Source: Octopus vulgaris (lineage: Eukaryota). Taken from it: a DNA stretch of 64,000 nt. Every line of letters starts with the position of its first letter. The stretch's first letter is position 1. A program made the translations under genes and the position numbers. The notes below the pieces were generated by a model, which saw only the letters and a list, made by a program, of their open reading frames with translations, had not been told where the DNA came from and searched no databases. This document shows, one piece after another, positions 51,635 to 64,000 of the stretch. The stretch covers positions 63,116,001-63,180,000 of the forward strand of contig OX597815.1 in NCBI GenBank assembly GCA_951406725.2. The letters are read 5' to 3'.

Positions 51635-52376
51635 CTCTGCCTACCCACATACCCAAACTCTTCCTCAACCCTCAGCCGAACCCACACCCCACCCATGCTT
51701 TCCTCATTCTCGCCTCCCCACCTCCCAAAAACATCACACCACACTACACCATACAACATTACACATCACATCACAACACACCACCCACACACCAGCACTG
51801 ACCAATTCCCATCCCCACATTTTCACATCTACACATACATACACGCACACGTCCAGAGCACCAGCCCTCTTTCACACGCACATACATACTCTCTTATGCA
51901 CACATGCAACTTCATGTTGGGGGTCATCTTTACTTTGTTATCTCCCTTACTTCTTCGCTCTCCTGTGTGACCCTTCTGTCCAGCAGTTGCCATGATAGAT
52001 CGGTAGCCACTACATACATTTTTTCCTTCTCTCCTTGTTTCTCTCCTTGTTTTTTTCTGTGTCCCTTTCTGTAGAAGAGCTTAGGCTCGAAACGTAAAAG
52101 ACTTTTTCAATTCCTGAGCGTTATACTAATACAACTGTTTCTTTTGTACACCACCTGTCTTCGTGTTTTGTTTTTTCGTGAACTTTCCCTATATATATAT
52201 ATATACATACACGACGGGCTTCTTTCAGTTTCCGTCTACCAAATCCACTCAGAAGAGCTTGGTCGACCCGAGGCTATAGCAGAAGACATTTGCCCAAGGT
52301 GCCCCACGCACTGGGACTGAACCCGGAACCATGTGATTGGTAAGCAAGCTACTTACTACACACCCACTCCTGCACC

Positions 52377-52378
<2 letters not shown>
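51370..52378 (-). mobile_element. SINE family A split by an insertion into its internal (TA)n
   Basis: Seen: 3' half at 51370-51580 and 5' half at 52211-52378 on the same strand, with 51632-52190 between two (TA)n tracts. Confidence 0.75.
51985..52190 (+). mobile_element. Penelope-type terminal module, family E, with hammerhead variant at 52065-52100
   Basis: Seen: cttt-CTGTAGA-A-GAGC-ttag-GCTC-GAAA-CG-TA-aaag. Confidence 0.65.
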
Positions 52379-52412
<34 letters not shown>

Positions 52413-52676
52413 TGTATGTATGTATGTATGTATGTATGTATGTATGTATGTACGTATGTGTGTATGTATGTATGTATATATATATGTATGTGTATATATA
52501 TATATATATATATATAAATATACATATATATATATAAGCAATAATAAATCACTGAGCGAGCTATAAACAACAGCACCACGGCATTGTGAAGTATATTTGC
52601 CACCTAAATGTAGCTAACCATTAAGGGTCGATGCTACTGTAGCTTGTAGCCCCAGGAAGACGTCTCTGCCTATATA

Positions 52677-52812
52677 TATAGTTGAAATTTACAGAAAAAG
52701 AATAGTACAAAAGACGAAGGTATGTGTATAAACAACAAGCAGGTGTATGAGTTTGACGCTCGGGAAGGTGAGAAAGTCTTTTACGTTTCAAGCCTACGCT
52801 TTTCAACAGAAA
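52677..52812 (-). mobile_element. Penelope-type terminal module, family E
   Basis: Seen (rc): tttt-CTGTTGA-A-AAGC-gtag-GCTT-GAAA-CG-TA-aaag, with family E flanking sequence. Confidence 0.6.
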
Positions 52813-53166
52813 AGAACTCGAAGACTGAAAGCAATGGTTTGTTTAGGAGGAAAGATTTGTAATCGAGCATGCTCGAAAAAGACAAGGAAAGGGAGAGAGA
52901 AAGGCAAAGTAATGATTTATATATATACTACAAACCTACACACATACATACATACATACATACATACATACATACATACATACATACATACATACACACA
53001 TACATACATATAGGTGCAGGAGTGAGTGTGTAGTAAGTAGTTTGCTTACCAATCGTTCAAAAAATTCAAAAGGCGTGAGAAGTTAAAGAAAAACAAAAGA
53101 GAAAGAAGTAGAAGAAACGGAGAGAAAAGAAGAAAAGAAGAGAAGACGAAAAGTAAAAGGAGAGTG

Positions 53167-53239
<73 letters not shown>

Positions 53240-53381
53240 AAACAGAAAGTTTCAAAAAGGTTCAAACGTCGTGGTGTATTAGAGCTATTTTTCATCAACG
53301 GAAGAGTATGTATGTATGTATGTATGTATGTATGTATGTATGTATGTATGTATGTATGTATGTATGTATGTATGTATATAA

Positions 53382-53413
<32 letters not shown>

Positions 53414-53489
53414 CTAAGTAAGCGCATAAATGTGAAACAAGGTGGTAAAAAATAGTACTCGAATACCGGAGGTGAAATAATATGCTTTA

Positions 53490-53642
53490 TTATTATTAAA
53501 CCTGTAGAAACATCACAAAAATATCACAAAAAACTACTACTCAGAGTTTCATGGTCCCGTTAGTCCGACAAACGGGAACGTGAAACACTGAGTAGTAGTT
53601 TTTGTTGTGAAATTTTTGTGATGTTTTCGAAGCTTTAATAAA
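53490..53642. repeat. Palindrome (~70-bp arms) of a Penelope-type terminal module
   Basis: Seen: CACAAAAACTACTACTCAGAGTTTCATGGTCCCGTT / AACGGGAACGTGAAACACTGAGTAGTAGTTTTTG, with a spacer under 10 bp. Confidence 0.85.
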
Positions 53643-53684
53643 GAGAAAGTATGTGTGTGTGTGTGTATAAATAAAAAAATAAAC

Positions 53685-53855
53685 ACGAAGAACAAGCACA
53701 AGAAAAAAAAAGCCAACAGCGCGGGACGTGGTACATGTAAAGTATTAGCAGACGCACAGGGAAGGAAGGAAAGCTGGTTTAACGTTTCGAGCAGAGCACT
53801 TCTTCAGAAACAGAGGAAAGTCTAATAGAAATGGAAGACGGAGAAAGAAAATTGC

Positions 53856-53860
<5 letters not shown>
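53685..53860 (-). mobile_element. Penelope-type terminal module, family F, with hammerhead at 53777-53811
   Basis: Seen (rc): gttt-CTGAAGA-A-GTGC-tct-GCTC-GAAA-CG-TT-aaac. Canonical CUGAAGA core. Confidence 0.7.
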
Positions 53861-53911
<51 letters not shown>

Positions 53912-54139
53912 TATGTATGTATGTATGTATGTATGTATGTATGTATGTATGTATGTATGTATGTATATATGGAAGAAAATCAAAGTACACGAAAAAACAT
54001 TTAATTTTGGTAAAGAGTATAAATATATAGAGTCTCTCACAACTGTTTCTAGAATAGACAAGTATGTGGATCACGATATTGATACCTTTTACATTACGTC
54101 AGTTGAAAAATTCTAGTATATTCTGTTTCTGTACCTGTT

Positions 54140-54170
<31 letters not shown>

Positions 54171-54699
54171 TTCTTTCTTTCTCTTTTTCTCACTCAATCT
54201 TTCTCAAAAAGGTAGTAAAATACTATAGTGACCATAGAGTGCTCTCTGTTGGACCGATGGTTGCATTTTGAATTCGTTAAGTTCTCTTTCGCACTAGATA
54301 CTAAGAGAGGTAACTCTGAGCTGACTAAGAAGTCTTGCTTCCTTTATCGTATTATTGATATCATTGACTGATAGCACATTGGCTACCAGGTTGGAAAAAA
54401 TGTGTGAGTAAATGAGCCAGTAATAATTTGATTTTCCTCCACAACTCACTGCAGCGGAAAGCCTTTACAAGTTCAAATACCTCTCAAACTTATATGAACT
54501 TTTATATGTTCGTACTATCTATATCGCGTATTTTCTTGACTTATGGGAGAACCATTGCAAGCAGCATTTATCCCCTTGTTCTCTTACTTGATCCAGTCAT
54601 TCGATTGTTTCCATGCTGGAGCACTGCGTTGAAGAATTTTAGTCGAATAAATAATAAAACTTTTCTTTATTAACCAATGAGAGCTCATATAACAGATTG

Positions 54700-55830
54700 G
54701 AGACGATACAGGACAATACAAAACGAGTGAGATTGGAACTTGCAAATAAAGAAAAACAATAAAAGTTATAACAATTAAATCTGCAAAAGACGGAGACTTC
54801 CCAGGGCTGCTCGTGGAAACCCCACAAAAAAACCATGATCATCCTGATCGCTTGGAGAAGTACCCTATCCTTTTCGTCCAACCTTTGATCGAGAGTCGAA
54901 TGTTTAGAATAGGCCCGTTCACTCGAGCCATTCACATCACATTTTTGACAAAATTGCTGGGATGCAGAACTTCCCTCCCTACCCTCACTTTCCTTTTCAA
55001 GTAGAACTTGAAAAAGTTGATGAGGGTTTTGCCAAAGGGGAAAGTGTTTCTTCAGCCCTTTCAACCTGGTCCACAAGACAACTTCTTTCGCTAAGGCCAC
55101 CAGACAAAGAAACACTGCCTGCCCATCGCAGCCAAAGGAAGGTGGGGCAATCATAATGGATTTAGCCGATAGCCGGATTCGTCCTACACGCGACAGCATG
55201 TGTTGGACATAAACCCACAAGTCAGTAATACTCGGGCACTGGACAAGAGCTGCAAAACAGTTTCATCGCTCTGTACACATCTCGGGCAGACCCGGCTGAC
55301 GGCACTTCCATGCCTGCAGTGTTTATCCCGAACCGGCAATGCCCTCCACCCTGGTAGCCAGGGATTTCTGAAAATTATCCATTGGCCACGGTTCGAAAAT
55401 CCTCCGGAAAAGATCACCCAGCACATTCTCGACGACGCCCAGAGTTTCCCTGCGAACGTCGTCGCAATTGCCTGCCACTAACCCGCTATAGAAAACCTGA
55501 GTAGAATTTCCACTGACCACATTGTCCGACTGGCCGAGGGTTGTGAGTGCCTGACGACACTTTAACTGCTAGGCGTCCTGCCTAGATCTACGCTTGATCC
55601 AGGAATGCAGCTCTGACAAAGAGACGAGCTGTGGGAAATCGTGTCTGACAAAAGGCGTCCACACTTGCTCACCGTTTAGGAAGCACTGGAAATGTAGTAG
55701 CCTCCGTGCATCAACAGCCGCGGCATGCTCAGCCCTCCGTTCAGCGATGTTGACAGCAAATGGAGTGCCTGATCAGTGGAAACGGAAGAGTACGCGCTCC
55801 ATTTGGTGAAAACTTAAACTGGGGCAAGGC
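54700..55830 (-). mobile_element. L1/Tx1-like LINE 3' remnant
   Basis: Seen: GC-richer island; ALPVRDK..HGSAVSRVCPRCVQSDETV (C-terminal zinc-finger region of L1/Tx1 ORF2), AKEVVLWTR and LFRFHWSG. Frameshifted. Confidence 0.75.
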
Positions 55831-56129
55831 AGTGACATTGTTGTCGTTACCGTTGTTGTTGTTGTTGTTGTTGCTGCTGTCCTTATAGATGGTTTTCTTA
55901 TTACAATTCTTATTTCTTTTCTTGTTTAACCCAATCTCCATAATTCAGTATGACTAATATTCAATTACCGTTCCACCTATGACCATTCTGTCTTATTTTC
56001 GGTCACCTTGGCCTACATTAACCAATACGTTCCTGTTTTCTTTGAGGGGCGCTATAACTACTAAATCGAATGTCCACTCAGAGGCGATGGTCGTGGATGG
56101 AGCAGACATATGTAGGTGAGATCTATAGT

Positions 56130-56720
56130 GAAAGTAGTGGTAGTGGTGGTGGTGGTAGTGGTGGTGGTGGTTGTGTGGTGAGGTGGTGGTGGTTGTGGTG
56201 GGGGTAAAGAGTTGGTGATGGTGGAATTTTTTAGGAGTATTAGTGGTGGTGGTAGTAGTGGTGCTTTTGGTATTGGTGGTGGTAGTGGTATTGGTGGTGG
56301 CGGTGGTGGTTGTGGTGGTGTTGGTAGTGTGGTAGTGGTGAAAACGGTGGTGTTAGCGATGTTGTAGTTGTGGCGGTGGTTTGAAACTGCTACAGACAAT
56401 ATTCTTGGTGTCGGTGTTGTTATTTTTGTTCCTTATGGTATTATAATTAGTAGTGTTGGTGTTGGTGTTGTTGTTGGTGGTGGTAGTGTTGGTGGTAGTC
56501 GTGATGGCTGTGATGGTGGAGGTTGTAGTGCTGGTGGTGCGGGTGTTGGTGGTGCGGGTGTTGGTGGTGCGGGTGTTGGTGGTGGTGGTGGTGGTGTTGG
56601 CTAATGTCGGTAGTAGCAGCCAACTGTGCTAATGAAGATTGCAATGTTAGTAATACGGCGGCGATTATGGTGCTGGTGGTGGTGTTGATGGTGGTGGAGG
56701 TAGTGGTGGTGGTAGAAGAG
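56130..56720. repeat. Degenerate (GGT)n low-complexity region
   Basis: Seen directly. Includes a 15-bp unit GGTGGTGCGGGTGTT repeated three times near 56535-56580. Confidence 0.85.
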
Positions 56721-56928
56721 CGACAGCTGCTGGTATGGAAATGTAATAAGTAAAAAGAAGACAAGGAAAAAAAGCAACAACAAAAAACAAACAAAAAAGA
56801 AAGACAAAACTAGCTTGCGGAGGATGTGAGGTGTGATGGGGGTGAGGGACGGCGGCGTCGGAGTAGTCGCCATCTTTAATCAGCAGGCATACATGCATAC
56901 ACATAGATATGTACATACATAAGTACCT

Positions 56929-56985
<57 letters not shown>

Positions 56986-57299
56986 TTACACACACACACA
57001 CACATACATATATATATGCATATATACATATATTACATATATATGTGTACGTGCGTGAATTAACATATATATATATATATGTATTTATAGATGGATAAAT
57101 AGATATCGATGTATATGTAGGTATATGTATATACATAGACACACATTGAAACACGTACATGAATGCATGTGTATGGGCAAATACTCACACACACACAGAC
57201 ACATACACACACATACACTATCATATATGTGTGTGTGTGTATGCATGCATATATATATATATATATATATATTCGAATATGTATGTCTGCAACACCCTA

Positions 57300-57359
57300 A
57301 CCGCCACCACTGCCATAATCATTTGCTTCAGCAGCAGCAGCAACGCCACCACCACCACC

Positions 57360-57432
<73 letters not shown>

Positions 57433-59500
57433 GGACTGCCAGTGCTATTAGAAATCAGCGATCGCTGTCTTTGTCCAACACACCACACCTTGTGCTTCAC
57501 ACTTAGCCTCCACCCCGACGCCATCCTCACCATCATAGAACTAACTTCCCGTCACCATCCCCACCATCTTCATCTAGTCAACATCACCGTCGCACTCCCC
57601 AACCCTCCGCAGCTAACTCACTTCCCGGTAACATCACCACCAGCACCATCACCACGACGAAAATCTATCCTCATCTACTTCGCCGCCATTAAACAACAAA
57701 CCCCTAACCATCTCCGTCACCAACTTAACTTCCCGGCACCTTCTAACGCCACCACCACAATCCAGTTACACAACTGCCGCCATTACATCCGCTTGCCGAC
57801 GCCGCCATTGCTGCCACCGCTGCCTCTGGCATCGTCATCAGCAATGTGTGGCAGCGCTGAATGCTGCTGAAGTTGCTGCTGCTGCTGTTGGCGTCTCGTC
57901 TTACATCTCCGCCCACCACGTTCACCGCCGCCCCACATCTATTATCAGCAGCAGCAGCAACCGCCACGCCGCCCCCTCCCAAACGCCACCACTGTCTGCA
58001 ATATATTCACCAACATTATTTACGTAACCTCCACAACCGCATCATGCCGTCGCCACCGCCGCCACACCGCCACCAACAATCTCACCAGCACCACCACCAC
58101 CACCACCACCACCGCCGCCGCCGCCGCCACCACCACCACCACCACCACCACCACCACCACCGCCGCACTGGTACTATAAACACCTACCTCCTCATATGCA
58201 ACCACCACAACCACCACCACCATCACCACTGCCACTACGATTACCACTACCACTACCACCACCACTAACAACAACAACAACAGTACCACCACCAATACCG
58301 CTCTGTACCACGAATATGACCACTGCCTATAACACTGTCACCATCACCACCACCATCCCCATCACCACCATCACCGTCACCACCACCACCACCACCACCA
58401 CCACCACCATTATAAACTAGTTTTCCCTACCATCACCTAACCGAGCGAACGTTGGTCACCCCGACCTGCTAGAAATAGCAGTCAAATCTCCCTCCACTTA
58501 CACGCCACCGTAATAGGACAAGTTGGATAAAAGTGGTCCTGGGAATCGCTAGTCATCGGATATGAAACGAGATGGTCACGTCTGGAATGTGTTTCAGCGT
58601 ATGTCAAATGGATTATATATGAGCTAGGGTTAAACAGCACGTCGCATTTAACGAACGCCTCACTGTCCAAGCCAACGTCATCGCCTCCACCATTTTGAGC
58701 AATCAACACCACTACCGCCACCATTACCGAAGCCGTCGTAGGCTCCACCGTTACCACCACCACCGCTACTACCGTAGTCGCAGCCACCACCTCCGCAGTC
58801 GCCACCAGCACTACCACCACTACCGTCCCCGTCGTCACCATTTGCAACCACCATAGCAGCCGTAGTAATGCCACTGCTATTAGCGCCAAGACAAACTACC
58901 ACTACCACCTCTATCACACCACCACTAGCAACAACAACAACAACAACAACAACACTAATGCCTCTGCCGCCGCCTCCAATAACAATAACAAGACCGCCAT
59001 TAACATCAGCCGTGCAGGAAACAAAACCAGCACAGGAAACAGTGCCACCACCAACGCCACCACCATCACTGTCAGTCACAGACTACCTCCACGACCACCA
59101 CTGTACAGGATACCCGTCAAACACCCCGTCAAACACCCTCTCCCACTCGTTTCCCTGAGACATTGCGTTTAACGCCAACATCACCTCCAGCAGAGATAAC
59201 ACCGCCACCATCAGGAAAACCACCTCCGCCATCACCGTTCTTTACCTCCACCGCCATCACTACAATATCCATCACATCCACCACCGCCTCTACCAGTAAT
59301 GATGTTTCTGCAACTGCCCCACCCTCAGTACTATCGACAGCACAACCATCACCACGAGTTTTAAGCACGAGAACCACCGACACCACCGCCACCAACACCA
59401 CCGACGCCAACAATTTTAACATTATTGCTATCAGCATCTTCACCTCTACCACCACCATCAACAACAATAGCAACAACATCTCCACCATTACCAACAACCC
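57300..59500. repeat. Degenerate (ACC/GCC/ACT/AAC)n low-complexity region
   Basis: Seen directly. Interrupted at ~58450-58640 by the dispersed GACCTGCTAGAAATAGCAG repeat, also seen at ~38520. Confidence 0.8.
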
Positions 59501-59534
59501 CTTAAAACACACGCTACTATGCGCATACATACAA

Positions 59535-59593
<59 letters not shown>

Positions 59594-59739
59594 TATATAT
59601 ATATATACATACATTCATACGCAAGATACATATACACATATTCATATAGCTGGTGTATTCCTAGAGATATGTTACATGTATGTATGTATGTATGTATGTA
59701 TGTATGTATGTATGTATGTGCGCGTGTGTGCGTGGATTC

Positions 59740-59915
59740 CTTTACTTGTTTCAGTCATTTTGACTGCGGCCATGCTAGAGCACGTCCTTAAGTCCAACAA
59801 ATCTAGCCCAAACTTATGCTTTGTAAGCCTCTTTTGCTGAACCGCGCTAAGTTATGGGGACGTAAACACACCAACATCGGTTGACAAGCGATGATGGGAG
59901 ACAAACACAGACACA
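59740..59915 (-). mobile_element. SINE family A, 3' half
   Basis: Seen: matches the 3' half of 31416-31820. Confidence 0.8.
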
Positions 59916-59936
59916 AATACGTGCATACATACATGC

Positions 59937-59994
<58 letters not shown>

Positions 59995-60037
59995 GTATGT
60001 GCATATATGTGTATGTATGCGCATTAATGAATACACA

Positions 60038-60077
<40 letters not shown>

Positions 60078-60660
60078 ACCTCATAGAGAGAGCTGCATAG
60101 AGGGATTTGTGTGTATGGACAGCGACAGGATGGTCAAGGATGGAGCGCCTGTGATCAAGAAATCTGTTCCATCGGATCCCACCTGGGGCTAAAAAACCAA
60201 GAGCTATAGCAGAAATATCACCGCTACCCACTGAACCACCAACACCATCAATTCCATCGCCAACACCGCCGCCGCCACCGACAACCCTAACCACCACTAC
60301 CGCCGCCGCTAACAACTACAACAAGCTTACTTTGAAGAGCTACGTCTATTACGAGATATTTATGTGCCGTACATCACCACCACCACCCCCAGCCTACCAC
60401 ACACACACACATCCCTTCCAGCACCTAGAACCATCCGTTTTCTGCGTAGCAGTTCGGTAGACTGAAGAGCCGGCGTTTTTCCCATACGCTCAGCTGTTTG
60501 TGTATGTAGCGTGTAGATTTGTGTGTATGTGTGTGTGCGTGTGCGTGTGTGTGTGCCATTGCGTAAATGTGTGAGCGTATGTGTATATGTGTGTGTGAAT
60601 GTGTGTGTGCATGTACGCGCGTTGGTGTTATCTATGTATGTATTGCATACTTAATACGTA

Positions 60661-60720
<60 letters not shown>

Positions 60721-61379
60721 CACATACATATATACACATACATACACAACTATATGTGTATGTATGATATATATGTCTGATATATATATATATATATGTG
60801 TGTGTGTATACGTTATATATATAATATATATATATATATATATGTTATATATATACGTTATATAAATACGCTTGTTATTTTCTACCAGCAGAAAATTGCA
60901 AAAGTCGAAGGGGCGGAGAGTTTTGTGGCTGGTATTCATCATGTTTCATAAGTGTCACATACGAAATTTTTAGCCCTTGTGTCACATAGCTTTCTACTGA
61001 TTCAAAACATTAAAAAGTAGACATACACACATACATGCATACATGCATTCATACATATATACATGCATACATACATGCATATATAATGCATGCACGCTCA
61101 CACATATATACATATATATATACGTAGTTGCACACATACATATATATGAAATGTGGTAACTCCTATTTCTCTCCTACCAAACTATGCAGTTACCTCTCTC
61201 AACATTTCTGTACTCCAATAATGTTTACGTATAAATGTTAGGTCTCTGACGATTTGGTAAGAAGTCTTGACTACAATTTACGTTATGTAATTAGTAATTA
61301 ATGAAATATACGTAAGATGGTCTAACTAAATATCTTATAAACAGTCTCCTGTGTTTTAATATACATATATCTAGACTGA

Positions 61380-62262
61380 CTATGAAGGAGTGATAATATA
61401 GGGCCCTTCTTGTTAATAACAGCATTGTTCCTTTCCAGGTAAATTGATATCTGACTGTTCAAAGAAGACTTCAAAAGTAACTAAGAGCGACGTCACTTGA
61501 AAATAGACAAAATTTGGTATCGTCGTGTTATCAAGTACTTGCAGGAAAAGGGTTTAGCCCGCAAGGATATTCATGCCGATGCGGTTGTTATATTAGGAGA
61601 TGGCGCTCCAATTCTATTAACAGTGCTAAAGTGGGAAGCTGAATTTAGCCGGGGAAGGGAAAGTCATGAAGAGGACAAGCGACTGGGTATAAATCAAATA
61701 GCCAATACTATTAGCATATCCCGTAAGGGAACTAAGAATTTTCTGCACAGCGAACTTGGCATGACGAACGTTTCTGCTCGGTGTGTGCCACGTCATCTGA
61801 CACCTGATCAAAGGCGTTCCAGGCTGATCACATTATGGGAAAATTTTACATTGTTCCAGGCAGATCCAGTTTGTTTCCTTGAACGTTTCTTAACCCAGGA
61901 ATGAGTGTTGTCTTCATCATTTTGAGGCAGAGACAAAGAGATGATCCATGCAGCAAAAACACTTCTCTTCACCCGTTCCAAAGAAAGTAAAGTTCTTTGC
62001 CCATCGCCATCTGCAGGGGAAGATCAGGGACTCAGGTTTTTGAAATGCAAAAGACATTGTGTTTCTTGACTATCTTCAAAAGGACACTCCACCAATGGAA
62101 AGGCTAAGAATACCGAACGTGCAGGAATACTGAGGAAGGGGCCTTGTTTCATCAGGGCAATGCTCCAGCACAAAAGTGCTTGGTTTCAATAGCTGTTATG
62201 CGTGATTGTGGATTTAAACTGGTTGATCATCCTTCCTATCTTTCTGCTTTGGCTCCATCTAT
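61380..62262 (+). mobile_element. Mariner transposase pseudogene
   Basis: Seen: KIWYRRVIKYLQEKG..VLKWEAEFSRGRES, VSARCVPRHLT (WVPR motif), FLTQE, LFHQGNAPA, DHPSYLSALAPS. Deletions and stops. Confidence 0.9.
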
Positions 62263-62299
62263 CATCTTTATGTATATGAGTGCGTATGCGTGCGAGTTT

Positions 62300-62470
62300 G
62301 CGGGTGTTATCTCATCACTTGACAACCGCTGTCGGTTTTTTAACGTCTCTGTAACTGAGTAGTTTGGCAAAAATAGATTCCTATAAGTTAAGTGCTTCAC
62401 TTAACGGAACATGGGTCTTTTACAAGGCAGTGCCCCAACATGGACGCAATCTAATGACTCAGACGTGTTA
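62300..62470 (+). mobile_element. SINE family A, old 3' half
   Basis: Seen: CACTTGACAACCG..AAGGCAGTGCCCCAACATGG. Confidence 0.65.
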
Positions 62471-63021
62471 ATTAATAAAAACAAAATGAAGAATGGTCAT
62501 ATAACGTGATAGAAAGAGCAGGCAAAATTCACTCAAAGCCCCAAACCTTTCATTCTTACAAAAAAAGAAAAGAAAAAAAAAAAGGAACTAGATAATGTGG
62601 TTCTAGGAATAGTTATGGCCTGTTGTCCACCACAACCGCGATCAACGGCTTCACTGCCGCCATTACCATCACCACAACCACTATCAACAACAACAGCAAC
62701 AATCGTAACAGTAGTTACCATGACAACATCAACAGCCGCTAAAAATAGCAGCTTAATTCCTTCAAAATACACCCCACAGACTAGAAAACGCAAGCAATAA
62801 TGCAGTTCTTTGTATATGTATGGGTGCGAAGCTTCCATGTATGTACGTGTGTATATGATTCTGTGAAAAATGTATATCCAAGTATACACAATTATATATA
62901 TATATATATATAAAATATACGCACACGTATATTGTTTTGGCATGTGTTAAAGATATATACGTATATACGTGTATGTATATATGTATGTATAAAAGTCTGT
63001 ATTCGTATTTATGCTTAGGTG

Positions 63022-63089
<68 letters not shown>

Positions 63090-63117
63090 CATACATACAT
63101 AATATATATATATATAT

Positions 63118-63166
<49 letters not shown>

Positions 63167-63540
63167 CATAACATACGTACATATAAAATATGTATGTACC
63201 TATATATGTATGTGTGCGCGCCTTCATGTTCATGTGCGTATATGTTTGTGTGTGAAGGTGTATTTCCCTTGAGTACACACGCAAACACACGCGCTCACCA
63301 ATTACCAACACACTCATCGACAATTCTTTCTCTCTCCTTCTCCTCCTCCTCCTCCTCTTCCTCCTCCCCTCTCCTATATCACTACGACACACACACATAC
63401 ACACACAGCCGTGTGCACATTACTAATTCGCTTAAAGGTTCCCACTGCTATAAGAAGCTACAATAATCCTCCAACCATTCTCTCTCTAGCTTCACGTCAT
63501 CAGCTGGATCAATTACCGCCACCATCACCACCACCACCAT

Positions 63541-63589
<49 letters not shown>

Positions 63590-63934
63590 GTTTTCTTCGT
63601 CACGTGGCTTTATTTTTTGTGCTTTTGTTTTGTTTTTCCGTTACTTCAGAAATTTTTCTATTTTCACCCCAAGTTCATGTTTTACCCCCGATCTATAACA
63701 TCACACACATTTCTTTTTTTCACATTCCATAAACATGCGGCCCACCCCCACGTATGTATGTATGTATGTATGTATGTATGTATGTATGTATGTATGTATG
63801 TATGTATGTATGTATGTATGTATGTATGTTGTATGTATTATTGTGTGTGTGTATGCGTATGGGATGGGTATGTGCATGATGAATTATATATATGGAAAGC
63901 GAGAGATTCAAGTGTTTGTGTGCTTATATATTCT

Positions 63935-64000
63935 TTTATTCTTTTACTTGCTTCAGTCATTTGACTGCGGCCATGCTGGAGCACCGCTTTTAGTCGAACA
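63935..64000 (-). mobile_element. SINE family A tail (runs off the window)
   Basis: Seen: TTCAGTCATTTGACTGCGGCCATGCTGGAGCACCGC. Confidence 0.85.

Noticed and set aside
59163-59840. Mucin-like Pro/Thr/Ser-rich ORF
   Set aside because: Translation of degenerate ACC repeats that runs straight into microsatellites and a SINE tail.

Overview
AT-rich, microsatellite-saturated eukaryotic DNA with no recognisable host protein-coding exon. The repeat repertoire strongly suggests an octopus (coleoid cephalopod) intron or intergenic region; this is inference. Nearly all listed ORFs are translations of (TA)n, (CA)n, (TATG)n or (ACC)n tracts. The real content is a layered set of decayed mobile elements: a near full-length, broken CR1-group LINE (24.5-28.05 kb); a Penelope-like element (34.3-36.2 kb); RTE, R4/Dong-like, CRE-like and L1/Tx1-like LINE remnants; several mariner/Tc1 remnants; and at least four SINE families. 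The most interesting signal is a dense set of short non-coding Penelope-type terminal modules carrying minimal or variant type-I hammerhead ribozyme motifs. Several lie in inverted pairs around microsatellites, and their stems covary between families. Also notable: a LINE/SINE shared 3' stem-loop, a SINE trimer bounded by a 17-bp target-site duplication, and an RTE copy with a twin-priming-like 5' inversion. All coordinates were read by eye and may be off by a few bases.
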